Shown piece by piece: positions 58,372 to 64,000 of a DNA stretch of 64,000 nucleotides (positions are counted from its first letter, which is position 1; every line of letters starts with the position of its first letter). A program made the translations under genes and the position numbers. Origin of the DNA: an uncultured Candidatus Saccharibacteria bacterium (GTDB lineage: Bacteria; Patescibacteriota; Dojkabacteria; J137); the NCBI GenBank assembly GCA_965230975.1, contig OZ246402.1, positions 1,056,859 to 1,120,858 on the forward strand, in the 5' to 3' direction. Under the pieces are notes generated by a model. That model did no database searches and was not told the origin of the DNA. It worked only from the letters and a program-made list of their open reading frames with translations.

Positions 58372-59262
58372 TTAATTTATAGTTACAACTCCTTGAGCTA
58401 ATAAAGCATAATCTAAAAGCCCTAGCGTTTGGGGGTAAATGGGTATTTGAGTCACTATATTAACAATTGGAGTTTCATCATCGCTTGAATCATAAGAATT
58501 ACCTTTAAAGACCCTAACCTGATCTTGGAATAAACCTGGTGTGACTGCAGATAGGTCTAGCTCAATACTTGCATTATTTGTTGTCATTCTTGGAATTATT
58601 ACAAGCTTAACTGGATTTTCCGAAGCAGTTAATGAGCTTGAGAAATTAATTCTTCTACCAAATATATTTCCTGGATAAGCTGGGTTTTCTAAGTATGTGA
58701 ATGGAGAACCAGCAGATGGAGCAGAAGTGTAAACACTTGCTGGATTATAGACATCAGATTTGGATCGATAGTTACCAGACGCATCTGTATATACCAATAT
58801 AAATTCAACGCTTGCTTGTTGACTTGCAGGAACCCCCTGTTTTTCCCAATATAAATCTAAGTAATCTTTATAACCTGTCATATTTATTTCGAGTCCTCTA
58901 TCTTTAAATACTTGATAATCTACATATGATTTTTCGTTTGAAATTACAATATTTGAATTATAAGCTGCAGAGGCTAGGGTATAAGAACAATTGTATTTAC
59001 TTGTAGATTCCTGAAAACAGTTATATGGTGCACTGGACAAACTAGAAAGGGGGGTCTCGTAACGACCGAATGACCGAATAAGCTCTTTCGTTTTATCTTC
59101 TACAGCAGCGTAAATTTGATCATACTTTCTATTACTACTAACCTCTTTAACATCTCTAGAATTAATTAAAATAATAGTGATTGTTATGATACTTAATATA
59201 GTAAGTACTAATAATGTTATTAATAAAATTTGACCTTTATATTTTTTGTTATTGTAGTTCAT
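58372..59262 (-). CDS. type IV minor pilin / PilX-like protein
   Basis: N-terminal class III signal-like segment KKYKGQILLITLLVLTILSII; 296 aa. Confidence 0.5.
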   Translation of the reverse strand: MNYNNKKYKGQILLITLLVLTILSIITITIILINSRDVKEVSSNRKYDQIYAAVEDKTKELIRSFGRYETPLSSLSSAPYNCFQESTSKYNCSYTLASAAYNSNIVISNEKSYVDYQVFKDRGLEINMTGYKDYLDLYWEKQGVPASQQASVEFILVYTDASGNYRSKSDVYNPASVYTSAPSAGSPFTYLENPAYPGNIFGRRINFSSSLTASENPVKLVIIPRMTTNNASIELDLSAVTPGLFQDQVRVFKGNSYDSSDDETPIVNIVTQIPIYPQTLGLLDYALLAQGVVTIN

Positions 59263-59794
59263 AATTTCTTAAAGAAAATGATGATTGTTTAATTACATTA
59301 TTAATACCTAACGTACCATTAGAGTGACTTGCACTAATAGTTAGTATTAAATTTGGGCTTCCGCTAGAGCCTGTTTGAGAGAAGCCCGATTCAAACTTAA
59401 AATAAGTAATATTAACATTACTAGATATAGTATATACATTACTGAAACTATTTGTCGAGCTATCGTATTTATCTTTACAAATCTTTGTATCTGATTGGCA
59501 TCTATACCATCTATACTGAATGCCATCTATATAAAAATCACAAGAAGTACCTTCGCTATTACAACTTGGTGCAAAATCGGAATTTTTAAAATCCCTACCT
59601 ACTAAATTCATCACATTAGCTAGTTCTTCTCTTACTAAACTTCTACCAAGACCAACTGCGGTTATCTTAAAACTGAGTATCATAAACTCCATCATCATAA
59701 TTGTACAAAAAGCAATGATAGATAAACTCACAATTACTTCTAGTAAAGAAAATGCTTTCTTATTCTTTTTATGTGATCTCAACAAATTTTTCAT
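59249..59794 (-). CDS. type IV minor pilin (prepilin-type N-terminal cleavage/methylation domain)
   Basis: KKNKKAFSLLEVIVSLSIIAF: -1 Ala, +1 Phe, +5 Glu. Confidence 0.6.
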   Translation of the reverse strand: MKNLLRSHKKNKKAFSLLEVIVSLSIIAFCTIMMMEFMILSFKITAVGLGRSLVREELANVMNLVGRDFKNSDFAPSCNSEGTSCDFYIDGIQYRWYRCQSDTKICKDKYDSSTNSFSNVYTISSNVNITYFKFESGFSQTGSSGSPNLILTISASHSNGTLGINNVIKQSSFSLRNYELQ

Positions 59795-60323
59795 ATCTTG
59801 TTACTTGATAGTTTTCAACAACAACTCCAGCAGTTGTAATATAAGATAATTCTAATGCAATATTATAAGTAGTAATTATTCCTCCGCTTCCAGATACAGG
59901 GGTAACTGAAACCTTTAAGCAAATAGGGAAGGGCCTGTCAGTATTTCCAAGACTTTCAATATTAAACTCGCTGTTTAAAGCACAAGTTTCACCATTTTGG
60001 TTTGTAGCTTTTTTTAAGTAACCTTTTCGTGAAATTGAGTTTTCAAATTCTATAGTGTAAACAGTTTTTATGCCACCCTGAGATAATTCTGTAAAGCCAC
60101 CTTGTAAGACTTTTACTGGTTCAGGGCTTCTTAACAGTTCAAATGCCTGCAAGAAAATATCATTCGCAGTATCTTGTATTTCATTATCTTTAATTATTGC
60201 ATTTGCCCTAATAACAACTGTCATTGCAGATACAATTGTCAAAGAAATTATAGCCAATACGACAATAACCTCTATTAAAGATACTCCCTTATAATTTTTT
60301 TTACTAGAATGAAAGCAGGTCAT
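59769..60323 (-). CDS. type IV minor pilin
   Basis: KNYKGVSLIEVIVVLAIISL: Gly at -1 and Glu at +5. Confidence 0.6.
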   Translation of the reverse strand: MTCFHSSKKNYKGVSLIEVIVVLAIISLTIVSAMTVVIRANAIIKDNEIQDTANDIFLQAFELLRSPEPVKVLQGGFTELSQGGIKTVYTIEFENSISRKGYLKKATNQNGETCALNSEFNIESLGNTDRPFPICLKVSVTPVSGSGGIITTYNIALELSYITTAGVVVENYQVTRYEKFVEIT

Positions 60324-60852
60324 ATGCTAAATCAATTGTTATTATTTTTGTAAAATTAGTACGTGTATGCGTTAAGGTTATAGTACAAAGGCTACTTGAT
60401 GGGCTAGATTGGTATATTCCAGTTGCACTAATAGCTTCTTGACTAATTAAAACTGAATCAGCATTGATAATCTCAAAACCTATGCCTGGACAACTAGAGG
60501 ATATTGTAACCTCGGTACTTGATGCACTTGGGTTAGATGTTTCATCTTTTAAACAACCTATTAAGTTAGATAAACCCAGTTTATTACAGTATATAAAGTC
60601 ATAAACATTGTTTTCAAATTTCAACCCATAAAAATCAGGTGCTATAAATGTTCTAGAAGCTCCTGGTGGATTATATGCAACAGAGTTATTAGCTTTATTT
60701 CTTTGGGTTTTAATTGCTGTAGTCAAATCAGTATAAACAGAATTAAGTTCAACAGTAGCCCTGTAAGCTACTATACCATATATACCCAACGCAGTAATCA
60801 CAATAATAATTGCCATTACCACAACTGCTTCAACCAGGGTGTAACCTTTCAT
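60304..60852 (-). CDS. type IV minor pilin
   Basis: MKGYTLVEAVVVMAIIIV: Gly at -1 and Glu at +5. Confidence 0.6.
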   Translation of the reverse strand: MKGYTLVEAVVVMAIIIVITALGIYGIVAYRATVELNSVYTDLTTAIKTQRNKANNSVAYNPPGASRTFIAPDFYGLKFENNVYDFIYCNKLGLSNLIGCLKDETSNPSASSTEVTISSSCPGIGFEIINADSVLISQEAISATGIYQSSPSSSLCTITLTHTRTNFTKIITIDLAYDLLSF

Positions 60853-60919
60853 TATTTTTATTTAATCTTTTAACAGTATATTTATTATCGCAAAGCACTT
60901 CAATACTTTATGGATTTAT

Positions 60920-61687
60920 TTAAAAGATCCTAAACAAATTAAGTATGCTATCACTGGTAGATAGTGCTACACAGAAACCTAGAAATATAAAGGGGACTAA
61001 AGGAATCAATGTATTGTGGAACTTTCGTTTAAATAAGGATATGACAATTCCTACTATGCTTGCCAACATTAATGTAACCAAATAGGCAGTAATACTTCTT
61101 GAAATACCTAGCGCAAGGCCTATTGAAAGCATTAGATAAACGTCTCCCATACCCATTCCTTGTTCTTTTGTTAGTTTTACCACTATATAAAAAATCAAAC
61201 CTAAGCCTATTCCACTTAGTAGGTTTACTGGGTTACCTAATAGGAATATTTTATCTTGAGTTAATACTGACACTACCGCAACAATGACGTTAAATGTAAT
61301 CACGACTGTTAGAAAAGAAAAAAGTGGAACAACCGGAATTTCATAATACAGTAAATCATATATCGCTAAATATAATAATAAACTAATCGAAATGAAGAGA
61401 AATACTATATGCAAAAAGTAGGTTAAATTAGCTAAGTTGTATATGTTAAGATTATTTATGATTACAAAAAAGAATAGCGCAGCAAGAACAGAAAGGGTTA
61501 AGGACAAAATATATTTAGTATAAGTCTTTTTTGATACCAAGGGATTTAGCAAATATAAATTATGCAGTGTTAATAATTTTCTAATTTTATTATGTGCATT
61601 GGAATCTCTCTTAATTGCAAATATAAAAGATACCCTTCCTATAAATAAGAAAAGTATTATTAGAAAAAAAATTAGGTAGTAGTTCAT
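60920..61687 (-). CDS. pilD: prepilin leader peptidase / N-methyltransferase PilD
   Basis: Multi-TM protein with the conserved D-containing loops (GMGMGDVYLMLSIGLALG). Start placed at the internal ATG (MNYYLIFF) because the ORF-track start lies inside the upstream terminator hairpin. Confidence 0.7.
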   Translation of the reverse strand: MNYYLIFFLIILFLFIGRVSFIFAIKRDSNAHNKIRKLLTLHNLYLLNPLVSKKTYTKYILSLTLSVLAALFFFVIINNLNIYNLANLTYFLHIVFLFISISLLLYLAIYDLLYYEIPVVPLFSFLTVVITFNVIVAVVSVLTQDKIFLLGNPVNLLSGIGLGLIFYIVVKLTKEQGMGMGDVYLMLSIGLALGISRSITAYLVTLMLASIVGIVISLFKRKFHNTLIPLVPFIFLGFCVALSTSDSILNLFRIF

Positions 61688-61713
61688 AAAAAAAAGGGAG
61701 GGTAACCCCTCCC
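61688..61713 (-). terminator. intrinsic terminator/attenuator between the major pilin gene and pilD
   Basis: On the minus strand: gggaggg-gtta-ccctccc followed by T8. Confidence 0.7.
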
Positions 61714-61728
61714 TTTTAAAAATCGATC

Positions 61729-62190
61729 TTATAAAGCAGCTGTTCCTAAAGTACAAGCTGTACCATTACCAAATGCACTATTATTACCATTCTCTAAAGC
61801 AGCTCTTAGTGAATAATCACTTCTAGTAGCAGTAGCAGAGTAGCAGTAATCTGTGCCATCAGCAGTAGTTGATGCAGCATTTGTAGTAGGGCCTGACAAT
61901 GTAATAGCTCTTGTACCAACACTAATATTAGTATTAGAAACTAATGTTACTGTTGTAGCAGATGCAACGGCTGTTGCATTCAATGTTGGATAAACACCTT
62001 GTGCACCTCTTAAAGCTTCAACTTCTAAGTTGATAGATTCTAAAGTAGCAACTCTTTGTGTGTCTCTTACAGACCTTTGAACTGTTGCTAGTCCTAATAC
62101 ACTTAGTCCTACCAAAATTGCAATAATTGCCATTACGACAATAAGTTCAACAAGGGTAAATGCTTTTGCATTTGTATCTCTTGTGACCAT
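61729..62190 (-). CDS. pilA: type IV major pilin
   Basis: MVTRDTNAKA|FTLVELIVVMAIIAILVGL is a class III signal with Ala at -1 and Glu at +5. Ala/Thr/Ser-rich globular domain. C-terminal Cys pair (DYCYS...NGTACT). Confidence 0.75.
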   Translation of the reverse strand: MVTRDTNAKAFTLVELIVVMAIIAILVGLSVLGLATVQRSVRDTQRVATLESINLEVEALRGAQGVYPTLNATAVASATTVTLVSNTNISVGTRAITLSGPTTNAASTTADGTDYCYSATATRSDYSLRAALENGNNSAFGNGTACTLGTAAL

Positions 62191-62258
62191 ATTACAAATA
62201 GATAAAAAATAAAATAAACAACTGGTTACCCAATTATTACAGTAACATATATATAGAA

Positions 62259-63488
62259 TTAATTAACTAAGCTACCAACCTGAAAAATAGGAAGGTAAAT
62301 TGCTACAGCTAAAAACCCTACCATACCCCCTGCCACAACCATAATAAGAGGTTCCATCAGCTTTGTCAAATTGCTTGTTAGTTGCTCTAATTCAGATTCA
62401 TATAATTTACCCATATCCTCAAGTATCTGATCTACTTTTCCTGTCTCTTCGCCAGTAGCCATAATTCTTAATAAAACGTTTGGGAATGCCAACTCGTCAT
62501 TGTATTTTGCCAAAGCTATAGATAGTGGCACGCCTTTTGTAACTTCATCAATAGCCCTAGTCATAATATCTTTAAAGATTTGGTTTGAAGAAGAATTAAT
62601 TACTATATTCACAGTTTCTATAATTTGAACCCCGCTAACTAGTAACATAGAAGTTAATCTGCAAAATTGAACTACCTCATATTTAACTATTACCTTTCCG
62701 AAAACTGGTATTCTTAACTTTAATTTATCGATAAGTCTAAGTCCCTTAGGAGTGCTATAAATATATCTGTAGAGCATTATACCTGCAACAATTAATATGG
62801 CCAATATAGCCAAGAATGCAGGGTTACCAAATAAAGTACCTACATCAACTAAGAATTGTGTTATAGCTGGAATTTCTTTTTTACCTAAACTGTAATATAA
62901 ATCTTTTACTTGAGGAACCATTACCGTAATCATTAAGAACATTACAACTACCAAAACTACCATAATAATAGCAGGGTATATCATTGCACCCGTAATCTTA
63001 CCCCTTAGATTTTTACTCTTTTCTAAATCTACAGATATTTTTTCTAACATCTCGTTTAAATTTGCACTTTTCTCACCGGCAGCCATCAAGTTTATATGTA
63101 TATCACTAAATATACCTTTTTCTTTTTTAAAAGCCTCTGAAAGGGAAGAACCTGCCTCAATACTTTTATATACATTTGTTAATTGTGATTTAAGTCCTTT
63201 TTTTTCTGTTTGTTGTACCAAAATATCTATAGCTTGAATTATAGGAATCCCTGCACTGATCATTGTTGATAATTGTTTTGCAATTACTAACTTTTCTTTT
63301 AATGGAACACCACCAATATCTGAAGAGAAGAGTTTTTGAAACTCTGCACCTAACTTTTCGTTTATAGATACAATTGTATAACCTCTTTCGTATAAAAATT
63401 TAGCTACTTCATCTCTTGTATTAGCTTCTTTCTCACCTGTAATTCTTTTACCGTTTTTATCAATTACTACAAAGTTGTATCCTGTCAT
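62259..63488 (-). CDS. pilC: type IV pilus inner-membrane platform protein PilC
   Basis: GspF/PilC family two-repeat architecture, with conserved segments in LSTMISAGIPIIQAIDIL and LLVSGVQIIETVNIV. 409 aa. Confidence 0.8.
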   Translation of the reverse strand: MTGYNFVVIDKNGKRITGEKEANTRDEVAKFLYERGYTIVSINEKLGAEFQKLFSSDIGGVPLKEKLVIAKQLSTMISAGIPIIQAIDILVQQTEKKGLKSQLTNVYKSIEAGSSLSEAFKKEKGIFSDIHINLMAAGEKSANLNEMLEKISVDLEKSKNLRGKITGAMIYPAIIMVVLVVVMFLMITVMVPQVKDLYYSLGKKEIPAITQFLVDVGTLFGNPAFLAILAILIVAGIMLYRYIYSTPKGLRLIDKLKLRIPVFGKVIVKYEVVQFCRLTSMLLVSGVQIIETVNIVINSSSNQIFKDIMTRAIDEVTKGVPLSIALAKYNDELAFPNVLLRIMATGEETGKVDQILEDMGKLYESELEQLTSNLTKLMEPLIMVVAGGMVGFLAVAIYLPIFQVGSLVN

Positions 63489-63490
63489 AT

Positions 63491-64000
63491 TTATTTATTT
63501 AACAACATATCTATTTCATTAGGTTTTAAGCTATAGGTTTTTGCTGTTTGAGTTGAAATCTTACCTTCTTTAATCATTTGAACTAAAGATTTCTCTAACG
63601 AAACCATGCCTTCTTCTGCACTTGTTTGAATTACATTGTCAATTAAGAATACTTTACCCTCTCTAATTGCATTTTGTACTGCTGTATTTGCAATAACCAA
63701 TTCAATTACCGGTATCCTTCCTCCGGTAGCCATTGGGATTAATCGTTGAGATGTTACAGCTCTAATAACTGAAGCTAATTGTAATCTTATTTGTGATTGT
63801 CTCTCTGCAGGGAAAACATCAATAATTCTATCTATACTTTGAGATGCGCTATTTGTATGTAATGTAGCGAATACCAAATGTCCAGTTTCTGCAACTTGTA
63901 AAGCTGCTTCAATGCTCTCTAAATCTCTCATTTCTCCAACCAATACAATATTAGGGTCTTGTCTTAATACGGACTTAAGAGCATTCGGCCATGACATAAA
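63491..64000 (-). CDS. pilT: type IV pilus retraction ATPase PilT-family (C-terminal part; gene continues beyond the window)
   Basis: VLVGEMRDLESIEAALQVAETGHLVFATLHTNSASQSIDRIIDVFP matches the PilT His-box / C-terminal region. Confidence 0.7.
   Translation of the reverse strand, partial: FMSWPNALKSVLRQDPNIVLVGEMRDLESIEAALQVAETGHLVFATLHTNSASQSIDRIIDVFPAERQSQIRLQLASVIRAVTSQRLIPMATGGRIPVIELVIANTAVQNAIREGKVFLIDNVIQTSAEEGMVSLEKSLVQMIKEGKISTQTAKTYSLKPNEIDMLLNK

Overview
This 64 kb window is AT-rich (about 70% AT) and reads as a bacterial chromosome using the standard genetic code. The gene content and the many orphan proteins fit a small-genome, Patescibacteria/CPR-like organism. It contains several housekeeping blocks. 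One is mutL, a DUF192 gene, clpP and tRNA-Val. Another is a ThrRS-like gene followed by infC, rpmI and rplT. Single housekeeping genes include a PBP1A homologue, ogt, a DEAD-box helicase and recG. A further block holds SpoU- and RsmD-type RNA methyltransferases, rpmF, nusB, rnc and rpsP. The right end carries a compact, co-directional type IV pilus locus. It encodes PilT, PilC, the major pilin, PilD, four minor pilins and PilM, PilN, PilO, with no secretin gene. The most unusual region lies between tRNA-Phe (4456-4531) and an MFS transporter gene, about 5.3-12.9 kb. Here nine copies of a conserved 60-100 nt direct repeat, seven clear and two degenerate, each sit upstream of a different accessory gene. 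The genes are an AbiEii-type toxin pair, an HprK-like P-loop protein, an alpha/beta hydrolase, an APH-like phosphotransferase, an ABC exporter, a GNAT acetyltransferase, a C39-like peptidase and an MFS transporter. This is a repeat-delimited, integron-like cassette array, but no integrase lies in the window and no canonical attC cores are present. Other notable features follow. A 54 bp direct duplication of the 3' half of tRNA-Ser brackets a lone SAM-methyltransferase gene, a minimal integrated element. Three paralogous kinase-fold proteins lie next to tRNA-Val. A ThrRS-like protein occupies the canonical thrS position but lacks recognisable class II catalytic motifs. A tandem cluster of paralogous orphan proteins at 39.3-42.2 kb has a distant paralogue near ogt. 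A RIO-type kinase is present. A candidate small RNA of about 70 nt is framed by a consensus sigma70-type promoter and an intrinsic terminator.
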